Source: Spirochaetia bacterium (GTDB taxonomy: Bacteria; Spirochaetota; Spirochaetia; DSM-2461). Taken from it: a stretch of DNA of 64,000 nt. The notes below the pieces were generated by a model, which saw only the letters and a program-made list of their open reading frames with translations, did no database searches and was not told the DNA's origin. The stretch covers positions 5,248,001 to 5,312,000 of the forward strand of contig OY764216.1 in the NCBI GenBank assembly GCA_963668315.1, given 5' to 3'. Shown here piece after piece: positions 43,187 through 52,768 of this stretch. Position 1 is the stretch's first letter. Each line of letters starts with the position of its first letter. The translations under genes and the position numbers were made by a program.

Positions 43187-44176
43187 ATGTCTAATCAGCG
43201 AGAGAATCCCTTCAAACCGGTACAGGGATCGCTCAAAAAAGGACAAATCGTCGCTATTCTCATAGGATTGATAGTGGTGATTTCACTTTTAACCGGTTTC
43301 TATATGGTGGACCAGACAGAGGAAGCGGTTGTTCTCCGCCTGGGACGTTACTACAAGACAACCGATCCCGGACTTCAGTTCAAGGCCCCTCTGGGTATAG
43401 ACCGGGTTTACAAAGTGCCCGTAACCGTCATCCATACCCTTCAGTTCGGGTTCAGAACCGATGAGCCCGGTGTCATGACCATCTACTCCCGGGGAGATTA
43501 CAGCAACGAATCCCTTATGCTTACGGGGGATCTGAATATCGCCAATGTATCCTGGATTGTCCAGTATAAAATAAATAACCCCCAGAACTGGCTCTTCAAC
43601 TTCCGTGCCGCCGATCATGAAAAAACGATCAGGGACGTTTCCCAGTCCACGATAAATATGCTGGTGGGCGACAGGACGATTTTCGACGTCATGAGTAACG
43701 AAAGAACCAATATTGAAGTCCAGGCGGGCGATCTTATCGAAGAGACCCTCGAAGGGTATCAGATGGGAGTTGAGATCGTGGCGGTGAAACTGCAGGACGT
43801 GGTTCCCCCGGAAGGTTCCGTCCAGAATGCCTTTGAGGATGTAAACAAATCCATCCAGGATATGAATAAACTCATCAATGAAGGTAAAGAGCAGTACAAT
43901 GCCGAGGTTCCCAAGGCAGAAGGTGAAGCCAAGAGAATGGTACAGGAAGCCGAAGGTTACGCCGTGGCCCGTGAGAACAGGGCGCAGGGAGACGTGGCCC
44001 GTTTCGAGGCGGTTTACCAGGAGTACCGCAATAACCCGGGTATCATGAGGGACCGTCTCTACTGGGAGACCATGGAAACGGTACTCACATCCGACCCGGA
44101 CCTGGAGCTCATAGACAAAGGACTTGATAACTTCCTGCCTTTGAAAAATCTTACATCCGGCGGAGGTGCCCAATGA
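43187..44176 (+). CDS. hflK: FtsH modulator HflK
   Basis: SPFH domain; 'MLTGDLNIA', 'LQDVVPP', 'AFEDV', 'AQGDVARF', 'RDRLY.ETME'. Confidence 0.95.
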   Translation: MSNQRENPFKPVQGSLKKGQIVAILIGLIVVISLLTGFYMVDQTEEAVVLRLGRYYKTTDPGLQFKAPLGIDRVYKVPVTVIHTLQFGFRTDEPGVMTIYSRGDYSNESLMLTGDLNIANVSWIVQYKINNPQNWLFNFRAADHEKTIRDVSQSTINMLVGDRTIFDVMSNERTNIEVQAGDLIEETLEGYQMGVEIVAVKLQDVVPPEGSVQNAFEDVNKSIQDMNKLINEGKEQYNAEVPKAEGEAKRMVQEAEGYAVARENRAQGDVARFEAVYQEYRNNPGIMRDRLYWETMETVLTSDPDLELIDKGLDNFLPLKNLTSGGGAQ

Positions 44177-45147
44177 ATAAAATGATCAGAGTCGTTGTCG
44201 TAGCGGCGGTCATTCTCCTGATCGTCATCATACTGAGACCTTTCTTCATCGTACAGGAGGGAGAACAGGCCGTGGTCATCCGCTTCGGAAGACTGATTCG
44301 TACAGAAACGGAAGCGGGTTTCAAACTTAAAATGCCCGGTGTGGATACTATTCAGTTTTATCCCAAGAAGATTCTCTCCTGGGACGGAGCTCCCAAGAAA
44401 GTTCCCACCAGCGAACAGCAGTATATCTGGGTGGATACCACGGCCCGATGGCGCATAACCAACCCTTCCGTCTTCTACGAAGCGGTCAAAACGGAAAACC
44501 AGGCCCAGGGAAAACTGGATGATGTCATCGAATCTGCCGTGAAGACGGTTATTTCCAAGTATCCCCTCGTCGAGTCGGTCAGGAGCACCAATGAGATCAT
44601 TGCCTCCCAGGCGCTCAGGGATGAGGCGGAAGCCGTAGCCGCCGCGGCCTCAACCAACGTGCAGGCCGCCCAGGGCGAAGATGAATTCGAAGAAATCATC
44701 AAGGGCCGGCAGATGCTGTCCGAGGATATGCTCAAACAGGCCGCTCCCAATACGAACCAGTTCGGTATTGAGCTGATCGATGTTGTGGTAAGGCAGATTC
44801 GCTATTCCGACGAACTGACCGAGTCGGTTTACGACAGGATGATTCAGGAACGTGCCCAGAGAGCCCAGTACAACCGTTCCTACGGCGAGGGCCAGAAGGA
44901 AGAGTGGCTCGGAAGGCTGGCAAAGGAGAAAGACGCCATTCTCTCCAAGGCCTACAACGAGTCGGAGACCCTGAAAGGTGAAGCGGACCGCAAGGCGGCT
45001 GCCATTTATGCAGAGGCTTACAGCAAAGACGAAGAATTCTATAATTTCTGGAAAGCCATGGAGTCCTACAAGACGACCATGCCGGAATTGAAGAAGATTC
45101 TAACGACCGATATGGATTATTTCGATTATCTTTATAATAAGGACTAA
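44173..45147 (+). CDS. hflC: FtsH modulator HflC
   Basis: SPFH domain; 'VDTTARWRI', 'VYDRMIQER', 'AIYAEAYSKD.EFY.FWK.MESY'. Confidence 0.95.
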   Translation: MNKMIRVVVVAAVILLIVIILRPFFIVQEGEQAVVIRFGRLIRTETEAGFKLKMPGVDTIQFYPKKILSWDGAPKKVPTSEQQYIWVDTTARWRITNPSVFYEAVKTENQAQGKLDDVIESAVKTVISKYPLVESVRSTNEIIASQALRDEAEAVAAAASTNVQAAQGEDEFEEIIKGRQMLSEDMLKQAAPNTNQFGIELIDVVVRQIRYSDELTESVYDRMIQERAQRAQYNRSYGEGQKEEWLGRLAKEKDAILSKAYNESETLKGEADRKAAAIYAEAYSKDEEFYNFWKAMESYKTTMPELKKILTTDMDYFDYLYNKD

Positions 45148-45169
45148 CGGTGTAAACCAAACTGTTCGG

Positions 45170-45194
45170 AACCGCCCTACGGGGCGGTTTTTTT
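45170..45194 (+). terminator. Intrinsic terminator after hflKC
   Basis: AACCGCCC-TACG-GGGCGG followed by T7. Confidence 0.85.
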
Positions 45195-46056
45195 ACGCCT
45201 GACCGTAAAGGTCACCCTTGCGGTGCCAGATACGGGCTTCTTCGGGACGGCCTCTTTTTTCACAGCCCAGCGCGTAGATGTGGCATTTCCGGGAGAATTC
45301 CCTGCAGGCCAGAACGTTTCTTGACTCGGGAAGCCCCTTGCGGCGGAACCAGCCGGATTCCACCAGATCCCCCAGCCCCTGGAGCCGGAATTTTTCTATC
45401 TGATCGTATTTCAGAGAGAGCTGCTCCCATTCCCCGGCCCTTTTGGTAATGAGGGGAACGTCAAGATAACCGACCGGCTCTCCCGCGGTTATCCGCAGCC
45501 ACAGCTCGTAATCCTCGGCTATCTCCATGTCCTCCCGGAATCCGCCGCACTCCTCCCAGAGATCTCTCCTCAGGACAGCCGTAGACGGTCCTATCATGCA
45601 CTTGACCAGCGCATCGGCAAAGACATCCCCTTCCCGCTTGTGCTTCTGCTTTTTCTGGCTTATGACACGATCCCCCCGGAGCCACTTTTCCCTTGTGTGA
45701 ATAAGACGGAGATCGGGATTTCCCATTATGAAGTCGCGCTGCCGTGACAGCTTTTCCGGCTCCCACAGGTCGTCGGAATCGAGAAAAGCCACCCAGTTCC
45801 CCTCCGATGCCTCACCCCCCCGGTTTCTCACCGCACCGGCCATACCGCTGTGGGGTAGTTCCAGAACCTTCCATGAGATATCACCCGCCCCTGCGGAGAG
45901 AATCACCTTAGCCCGCTCGGCCGAATCGTCATCGGAACCGTCGTCGGCCAGGATAATTTCATGGGGAGGGAACGTCTGCGAAAGAACGGAATCGAGAGCT
46001 TCGCCCAGAAGCCCGGATCTGTTATAAACGGGAATAATGACGGAAAAAGCGATCAT
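45193..46056 (-). CDS. Glycosyltransferase family 2
   Basis: 'SVIIPVYNR', 'DDGSDD', 'AFLDSDD.W', 'EDYELWLR'. Confidence 0.93.
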   Translation of the reverse strand: MIAFSVIIPVYNRSGLLGEALDSVLSQTFPPHEIILADDGSDDDSAERAKVILSAGAGDISWKVLELPHSGMAGAVRNRGGEASEGNWVAFLDSDDLWEPEKLSRQRDFIMGNPDLRLIHTREKWLRGDRVISQKKQKHKREGDVFADALVKCMIGPSTAVLRRDLWEECGGFREDMEIAEDYELWLRITAGEPVGYLDVPLITKRAGEWEQLSLKYDQIEKFRLQGLGDLVESGWFRRKGLPESRNVLACREFSRKCHIYALGCEKRGRPEEARIWHRKGDLYGQA

Positions 46057-46212
46057 ATCCGTATCCTACCCTTTCGTACCGGGCAATTCAACCCGTTTTT
46101 CACCCGGACTAAATCCCTAGGAGAATTCTTGACTTTTTTTTTTACTTTCCCCCTCTCATGATTATAATATAAATAGAGGCTCATTATATTTTATTAAAAA
46201 AAGGAAGATATT

Positions 46213-48114
46213 ATGAAAAAACTGGCGAATCGAATCATTTTAATAACCCTGCTTCCCATGATGGGAACACTACTGATATTCACATTGGTATCCTGGAATT
46301 CTGCGAAAACCGCTATTACCACCCTCTCGGCCAATCTTATAGAGGAAAGCGTCAACTCCTGGACAAAGCAGTTTGAAGCCTTCTTTGACCAGAAAGAGAC
46401 GATATTGGACACCTCAAAGGCCTATCTTGAAGATATTCTTACCTTGAATTCTCTAGCCGACGGGGATCTTCTCTCTGAGGATGTGGAGGACTTCAAGAAG
46501 GTGTTCTCCCCCGTTGTCCGCGATCTGAATCTTTTGAACATATACGCCTGGTTCGCGCCGGAATATGTATCCAGGGACCTGATGGAAGTGTCCATACGCA
46601 ACATGCAGCTGGACGGGAAACTGAGCTATGTTACCGATCAGACCTACACCCGTGTCGATATGGCTGATTCGGGATGGGACTGGTTCACCATACCCGAGCA
46701 GCGGGGATGGAATATCTCCGACCCCTACCCCTGGGAAGGCTATGACGAAGACCTTATCTCCTACGGGAAATCCATTGTGGTAAACGGCCGTACCGTCGGG
46801 GTCGTCGGTTCCGATATGTTTATCGGGGCCCTGAACAACCAGCTTCTGGCAGAGTCCTTTATGGAACAGGGACATTATGCCCTTCTCAACACCAATCTCG
46901 AATTTCTGGCCCATCCGACACAGCAGGGGGCGCTCTGGAAGGATGTGGTACCGGAAGAAGTCGAAAAAACCACCGCTATCCTGCGCAACACGTCCCAGAA
47001 AGCCGGAACGTTCACTGCGGGAAAGCAGATTATCGGCTATGAGAGGATGGAGCACGGCTGGATCATCCTGGCCTTCCCCGATATGAAGGAACTCTACCGC
47101 TCGCTGAACGCCCTCTCCTTCATGTATATCCTCATAACCGTCGTCGCCGTCGTTCTGGTTCTCGCCTTCAGTCTGCTCCTGGCCCGGAATATCTCCAAGC
47201 CTGTGGTTTATGTCTCCCGCTATATCGGCTACCTCGCCCAGGGCAACCTCTCCGAGCCGCTGGATGACAATATAGATGCCCGGCAGGACGAAATCGGCTC
47301 TCTCGGCTCTTCTCTCAAGGAGATGACCGATAAATTCACAGAGGTGATCCGGAACGTCCACTCCTCTTCGGAGAATGTGGGCCAGGGCTCCCTCCAGCTT
47401 TCCCAGGCTTCCCAGCAGCTCTCCCAGGGCGCCTCCAGCCAGGCCAGCAGCACAGAGGAGATATCCAGCAGCATGGAGCAGCTCACGGCCAACATCGAAC
47501 AGAATCTCAGCAGCGCCCAGAACGCCGATGAGAGGGTGAACCGTGTCTCCCGGGATGCCGAAAAGGGCGGTGAAGCGGTGACCAAATCGGTGGAGGCGAT
47601 TAAGCTGATCGCCGAAAAAATCAAAATCATCGATGAGATCGCACGGAACACCAATATGCTGGCCCTGAATGCAGCTATCGAAGCGGCCCGGGCCGGGGAA
47701 TCGGGAAAAGGTTTTGCCGTGGTTGCCGCGGAAGTCCGTAAACTGGCGGAAAACAGCCAGAAAGCGGCGGGTGAAATCACCAATATCGCCGAAGACAGCG
47801 TAAAGATTTCCGAAGAAGCGGGAGATCTGATAGGCAGCATTATTCCCGAAATCAAAGCCGCCGCCACTCTGGTTCAGGAGATTTTCTCCTCCAGCAGGGA
47901 GCAGTCAAGCGGAGCCGACGAGATAAACAAGGCTATGCAGCAGCTGGACAGGATCATTCAGCAGAACGCCGCCTCCTCGGAGGAAGTGGCTTCCATGGCG
48001 GAAGAGCTGAGCGGCCAGGCGGAATTCATGAGAAATACGGTTGAGTTCTTCAAATTGGACAATACCAGAAGCATCAGGCTGGAAAAGGACATGGAAAAGA
48101 CTCTGCTGGCGTGA
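46213..48114 (+). CDS. Methyl-accepting chemotaxis protein (Cache sensor)
   Basis: Two TM segments, HAMP, '[38 protein letters not shown]'. Confidence 0.97.
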   Translation: MKKLANRIILITLLPMMGTLLIFTLVSWNSAKTAITTLSANLIEESVNSWTKQFEAFFDQKETILDTSKAYLEDILTLNSLADGDLLSEDVEDFKKVFSPVVRDLNLLNIYAWFAPEYVSRDLMEVSIRNMQLDGKLSYVTDQTYTRVDMADSGWDWFTIPEQRGWNISDPYPWEGYDEDLISYGKSIVVNGRTVGVVGSDMFIGALNNQLLAESFMEQGHYALLNTNLEFLAHPTQQGALWKDVVPEEVEKTTAILRNTSQKAGTFTAGKQIIGYERMEHGWIILAFPDMKELYRSLNALSFMYILITVVAVVLVLAFSLLLARNISKPVVYVSRYIGYLAQGNLSEPLDDNIDARQDEIGSLGSSLKEMTDKFTEVIRNVHSSSENVGQGSLQLSQASQQLSQGASSQASSTEEISSSMEQLTANIEQNLSSAQNADERVNRVSRDAEKGGEAVTKSVEAIKLIAEKIKIIDEIARNTNMLALNAAIEAARAGESGKGFAVVAAEVRKLAENSQKAAGEITNIAEDSVKISEEAGDLIGSIIPEIKAAATLVQEIFSSSREQSSGADEINKAMQQLDRIIQQNAASSEEVASMAEELSGQAEFMRNTVEFFKLDNTRSIRLEKDMEKTLLA

Positions 48115-48158
48115 CCCTTTCTTTACGCCGCGGAATTAATCTGCTATAGTTCATTCCT

Positions 48159-48911
48159 ATGACGGCAGCGGAAACCCTTTTAAAGAATACCCTCCTCTCC
48201 CGGGCTCTATCGGGTGAGGAGGAAAATACTCTCAAAGAGAAGGACATGTCTCCCCAGGCCCTTCTTCTCCTGGGCTGCCGCACCGATTCGGACACACTGG
48301 TAGAGACGGCCCTGGAACGGGGGGCCCTGGTAAACAAGAGGGATCATGAGAGCTGGACCCCGCTGATGCATGCCGTCTATTACAACAGCCACCGTATCAT
48401 TCCCCGTCTCCTGAGAAATCATGCCATGCTCCATATACGCGATGACGAAGGGGAATCGGTTTTCAATATCGCCCAGTCCATGGGCAGCAGTGATTCCCTG
48501 AAGGAACTGGACAAAGCCCTCTCTCAAAGCCGTTTGAAGCACATAGGCCTCTTCATCCAGGCTCTGGAAACGCTCTACCGGGAAAAAAACAAACCCGAGG
48601 GATTCAGGAACCGGAGCGCCATGGCCCTGGCCTATATAGACCTGGGTTACGTGTGGTGGATCAGCGAAGAGAAAATAGACCGGGTCTTCCGTTATTTCTC
48701 CCGGGCATACGCCCTTTTCCCCCGAACGGGTGCCTTCCCCTATGCCTCCCTTCTGGCTGCCATGGGCTATCCCGATGAATCCATGACCATACTCATGCTT
48801 ATCGCCCGGAGACGCTGGGGAGCTGTCAGCCGTTCGGTTATGGAAAAGGACGAATCATTTCACGGACTGCGTGGCTCCGATGAATGGAATCGTCTCATGA
48901 GGATCTGGTAG
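48159..48911 (+). CDS. Ankyrin-repeat protein with TPR-like C-terminus
   Basis: 'LERGALVN.RD..SWTPLMHAV', 'D.EGES'; C-terminal 'DESFHGLRGSDEW' TPR-end-like motif. Confidence 0.75.
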   Translation: MTAAETLLKNTLLSRALSGEEENTLKEKDMSPQALLLLGCRTDSDTLVETALERGALVNKRDHESWTPLMHAVYYNSHRIIPRLLRNHAMLHIRDDEGESVFNIAQSMGSSDSLKELDKALSQSRLKHIGLFIQALETLYREKNKPEGFRNRSAMALAYIDLGYVWWISEEKIDRVFRYFSRAYALFPRTGAFPYASLLAAMGYPDESMTILMLIARRRWGAVSRSVMEKDESFHGLRGSDEWNRLMRIW

Positions 48912-48988
48912 AACCCCTTCTCTCCTTCCCTTGCAAACTGCTTAGACGTAAACCTGTGTTTATAATAGATCTGCGATATATTATATCC

Positions 48989-49798
48989 ATGGAAGAAATC
49001 ATACTATCCGTCGCCCCTACCGGATCGGGGGAAGGAAAGAGCCTCCGCCCCAGGACAGTGGAAGAAATCATAGCAGAGGCCGTAAGCTGTACGGAAGAGG
49101 GAGCTTCGGTCATCCACCTGCATCCGTCGATTTTGGGCCGATTCAACAGAAGAGACATGAGTTCCCTCGAACAGATATTTCACGGGATTTACGATGAAAC
49201 CGATCTGATTATCGAGGCCGGGACAGAAGGTATCGGGAGCTTATCCCTGGAAGAGAAGATACTTCCCGCGACCCTGGAGGGGACCGTTTTTGCCACTCTG
49301 GATCTGGGCTCCTTCAACAGAGGAGACGGTTCATACCGGGAATCCACGGAACTGATCAGACTCTGCCTGCACAGAATGGATCAGTACAGGGTAAAACCCT
49401 CCCTGGAGATTTATGACACGGGGCAGCTTTCCTTCGCGACCTACCTCGTAGACAAGGAACTCCTCGAGCCTCCTTATAATTTTACCTTTGTGTTCAACTC
49501 TCCCTGGGGGATGACCTTCTCCCGGCAGCAGCTCTCCTGCCTTGTGTCCCAGCTTCCGCCGGAAAGCAACTGGGGGGTGGTCATAGCGGGGGCCAGGGAT
49601 TTCACCCATCACAGGACGGCGTCAGAACTGGGGGCGGATTTCCTGCGTATCGGATTTGAGTATTCACCTCTGATGGGAGGACCGGAGGTTTTCTCCAATG
49701 CCCAGCTGGTGAAGGAACTTCACCGCCAGCTCAGGGAGACGGGACGAAATGCCATGTCCCCCGATGAAGCCGGCCATAAACTGCTCCTCAGCGATTAA
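48989..49798 (+). CDS. DUF849/BKACE (3-keto-5-aminohexanoate cleavage enzyme family), variant active site
   Basis: 'SVAPTG', 'P.T.EEI..EA', 'GASVIHLH', 'GSFN', 'EIYD.G', 'RIGFEY'. Confidence 0.88.
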   Translation: MEEIILSVAPTGSGEGKSLRPRTVEEIIAEAVSCTEEGASVIHLHPSILGRFNRRDMSSLEQIFHGIYDETDLIIEAGTEGIGSLSLEEKILPATLEGTVFATLDLGSFNRGDGSYRESTELIRLCLHRMDQYRVKPSLEIYDTGQLSFATYLVDKELLEPPYNFTFVFNSPWGMTFSRQQLSCLVSQLPPESNWGVVIAGARDFTHHRTASELGADFLRIGFEYSPLMGGPEVFSNAQLVKELHRQLRETGRNAMSPDEAGHKLLLSD

Positions 49799-51030
49799 TC
49801 GGCTTTGCCCCATTTCTGAGCCAGGCGCACAAGTACTTTGAAGCAGCTCTCCATGGCAGAAAGGGGTATCCACTCCGTTCTTCCATGAAAATTATGCCCT
49901 CCGGTATAAATATTCGGAGTAGGAATTCCCATTTCCGTCAGCTTGGAACCGTCAGTTCCCCCGCGGATCGGTTTATAGAGGGGTGTGACCCCTTCCTCTT
50001 TCAGGGATGCCATCAGATAGTCAACGAGACGGGGTTCCCGGGAGATTCCCTCTTTCATATTCACATACTGTTTTTTCGTTTTAAGATCTATCTTTCCGCC
50101 GGGAAAAGCCGCTTCCGTGGCCCGGGCGAATGCTTCAAGGGCTTTCAGCCTTCTCTCTATTCCCTCCCGCTCGAAATCTCTCAGAAAAACAGTCATATGG
50201 GCTTCTTCGATTTCACCCTCAATCCTGTGAATCCAGAAATTACCGTACCTTTCATCGGTAGCCTCGGGGCTTTCACTCCGGGGAAGCAGGGTTCCGTAAT
50301 AAGCGGCCATGGAAGCGGCGTTGACCAGTTTCCCCCGGGCGCTGCCCGGATGGATGGATAGTCCGGAAAAATGGATTTCCGCCCCGTAAGCGTAGTAACA
50401 CTCTTCTTCCACCTCTCCCTCGTCTCCCCCGTCAACGGTATAACAGAAGGAGGATTCCAGTTTATCCAGGGGAAATCCGTCCATGCCGCAGCCCGTTTCC
50501 TCATCGGGTGTGAAGATTAACTCCAGAGGGCCATGACTCAGCTCCGGGTGGGAGATCAGATATTCGGCCATGGTCATGATTTCGGCGACACCCGCCTTGT
50601 CATCCGCTCCGAGCAGAGTTTTTCCCGAAGAAGTCACGATCGTATCGCCCTTGTACTTCAGGAGGGCGGGAAAATCCGCCGGAGAAAGGCAGACGCCCTC
50701 TTCCAGTTTGATATCGTCCCCGTCATAGTTTTTGTGAACCCGGGGCTCCACGTTCAGCCCGGGCGCGTCGGAAGCGGTATCCACATGGGCCATAAAACCG
50801 ATAGGCGTAGCCTTTTCACAGCCCGGCGTAGGATCAATCCGGCCGAAAAGAAAACCGTCGGAAGTCAGTTCCACCCGGCTCAGGCCCAGGGAGTTCATCT
50901 CCCCTTCCAGCATTCTCAGCAGCTCCCACTGCTCTTCTGTGGAGGGTTTCTTCGTCTCCGCCAGCAATCTGTCCGAGGGAGTGCCGACAGCCGTATATCG
51001 TACGATTCTTTCTAATAATTTCTCTTTCAT
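49795..51030 (-). CDS. pepT: Peptidase T (M20B)
   Basis: 'AHVDT', 'TLLGADDKAG', 'FTPDEE', 'HPGSA', 'IRGGTDGS', 'GGHNFH'. Confidence 0.97.
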   Translation of the reverse strand: MKEKLLERIVRYTAVGTPSDRLLAETKKPSTEEQWELLRMLEGEMNSLGLSRVELTSDGFLFGRIDPTPGCEKATPIGFMAHVDTASDAPGLNVEPRVHKNYDGDDIKLEEGVCLSPADFPALLKYKGDTIVTSSGKTLLGADDKAGVAEIMTMAEYLISHPELSHGPLELIFTPDEETGCGMDGFPLDKLESSFCYTVDGGDEGEVEEECYYAYGAEIHFSGLSIHPGSARGKLVNAASMAAYYGTLLPRSESPEATDERYGNFWIHRIEGEIEEAHMTVFLRDFEREGIERRLKALEAFARATEAAFPGGKIDLKTKKQYVNMKEGISREPRLVDYLMASLKEEGVTPLYKPIRGGTDGSKLTEMGIPTPNIYTGGHNFHGRTEWIPLSAMESCFKVLVRLAQKWGKAD

Positions 51031-51079
51031 GAAATAACTATATCACCGGGCACGGGAATAGTAAAGTTCGGCCCTCCGA

Positions 51080-52222
51080 TCAGACCATGGCCAGAAGGAG
51101 TGAGTTTTTAAAAACGGTAATCCGGTTCTTCACTTCCTTGGATTTATACAGGGCCTCGTCGGAATTCTTTATAAGCTGGGACGGCTTCATACCCGGCTCG
51201 TACCGGGCCACGCCGAAACTCAGGGTAACGGAGGAATCGACGGCCCCTTCGAGATCGAGGGAGGCGAAATCCTCCTGGATGGTCTCACAGCACCGGACGA
51301 TATCCTCGACGGGACTATTCTTGAAAAGAAGGGAAAATTCATCTCCCCCGTAACGGAAGACGGCCGCATCGCCGCAATTCTGCTTCATGATCCGGCAGAG
51401 TTCCTTAAGGTAGATATCCCCCACGGGGTGGCCGTAGGTATCGTTCAGACGCTTGAAGTTATCAATGTCCACCATAACATAGACGTAAACGCTTCCGGAA
51501 GAATCGCTCTCCATCTCCCTTATGGCGCCCCGCAGGGCGCTCCGGTTATATGTACCGGTTAATTCATCTATCTGTATCTTCTGCAGCAGGTTGTACCTCT
51601 CGTACTCCTTTTCCCACGCCGCGGTCTTTTTCGCCTTCTCAAAATAGATGATGATCACTCCCACGAAATAGGAAGAAACGAGAATGAACAGGGAGATAAT
51701 GAAATTACTGAGCCGCAGACCGTCGCTCCATACAGTAGGCTTATCCAGGTCCCAGTGAAGAAACAGCTCGGAAACAAGTATCCCGATAATGGCGAGGACG
51801 CCGGTCAGTGTGATAAGGGTATAATCGGCATAGATAGCGGTAAGCAGAATCGGAAAAGTAAAGATGAAAAAAAGAGAAGAAAATGTTCCGTGGACGGTGA
51901 AAATATTAAAGGAGATAAACAGCAGCATCAGAGATACCAGGTAAATCTTTCCCTTCTGGGACAGCCGGCGGCTTTTAAGGCCCAGGCTCTCAATAACGAG
52001 AAGCAGAGTGTTGAACAGGGTGGGAATGATCAGAAACTTCATGAGGTATACATTCAGGGAAGTCGTGATATTTCCCGTCTTATAAATAATGAACCCGATC
52101 GCGCACTCAAGAAAAAACATCAGAAAAACGGCGAACTGGGTAAGACGGAAATGGTAATGAAGCCATCTCCTGTCAAGTTTCCTGTATTCGGTTTCTATTT
52201 TTTTAAATAAATCATCTTCCAT
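51080..52222 (-). CDS. Membrane diguanylate cyclase
   Basis: About 6 TM segments, 'DELTG.YNR', 'DIDNFK.LND.YGH..GD', intact 'RYGGDEF'. Confidence 0.95.
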   Translation of the reverse strand: MEDDLFKKIETEYRKLDRRWLHYHFRLTQFAVFLMFFLECAIGFIIYKTGNITTSLNVYLMKFLIIPTLFNTLLLVIESLGLKSRRLSQKGKIYLVSLMLLFISFNIFTVHGTFSSLFFIFTFPILLTAIYADYTLITLTGVLAIIGILVSELFLHWDLDKPTVWSDGLRLSNFIISLFILVSSYFVGVIIIYFEKAKKTAAWEKEYERYNLLQKIQIDELTGTYNRSALRGAIREMESDSSGSVYVYVMVDIDNFKRLNDTYGHPVGDIYLKELCRIMKQNCGDAAVFRYGGDEFSLLFKNSPVEDIVRCCETIQEDFASLDLEGAVDSSVTLSFGVARYEPGMKPSQLIKNSDEALYKSKEVKNRITVFKNSLLLAMV

Positions 52223-52277
52223 GACACTTCTTTATATATCACAAATCGGCAAAAAAAACGACGAATACCAGTTTTTC

Positions 52278-52306
52278 TTGACAAGGCGGCAAAGTAGTCC
52301 TATACT
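52278..52306 (+). promoter_or_regulatory. Sigma-70 promoter of the GntR-SPFH-ABC operon
   Basis: TTGACA (52278-83), N17, TATACT (52301-06). Confidence 0.85.
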
Positions 52307-52344
52307 TATATTGTACTAATGCATTAGTACAATATAAGTATAGG
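52299..52344. repeat. 46-bp perfect palindrome (probable YtrA-type operator)
   Basis: CCTATACTTATATTGTACTAATG|CATTAGTACAATATAAGTATAGG, no spacer, no mismatch. Confidence 0.9.
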
Positions 52345-52351
52345 GAATCAG

Positions 52352-52768
52352 ATGATGGTTATGGAAGATCAAAAATATCTTTCCTTTACGTTGGACCCCA
52401 AAAGCGGCGTCCCCTACTACAAGCAGGTCATTCTGCAGGTGGAGATGGCCATCGCCGACGGACGGCTGACGACAGGAGACCAGCTGCCGACCGTACGCAG
52501 TCTCGCGGTGGACCTGAAGATCAACCCCAACACGATCTCCCGGGCTTACAGGGAACTGGAAATACGGGGGGTGGTCAACACCCAGCAGGGAACGGGAACA
52601 TTCATCTCCGAAAAGGAGATTGAAATTTCCGCCGTGGAAAGGGAAAAGATCCTGGCCTCTCTGACCAGGGACTTCATCGTCAAAGCGAACTCCTACGGCA
52701 TCGATATGGATCAGGTCATGGAGTATCTACAGGAGATGAGAGAGAATGAACCTCTTAAAACTAAATAG
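52352..52768 (+). CDS. GntR-family regulator, YtrA subfamily
   Basis: 'PYYKQV', 'GDQLPTVRSLA..L.INPNT..RAY.ELE', 'GTGTFI'; short C-terminal domain. Confidence 0.95.
   Translation: MMVMEDQKYLSFTLDPKSGVPYYKQVILQVEMAIADGRLTTGDQLPTVRSLAVDLKINPNTISRAYRELEIRGVVNTQQGTGTFISEKEIEISAVEREKILASLTRDFIVKANSYGIDMDQVMEYLQEMRENEPLKTK

Noticed and set aside
46134..46143. T10 tract upstream of the MCP gene as a phase-variation site
   Set aside because: It is short, lies in a generally AT-rich promoter, and is not clearly within the -35/-10 spacer.
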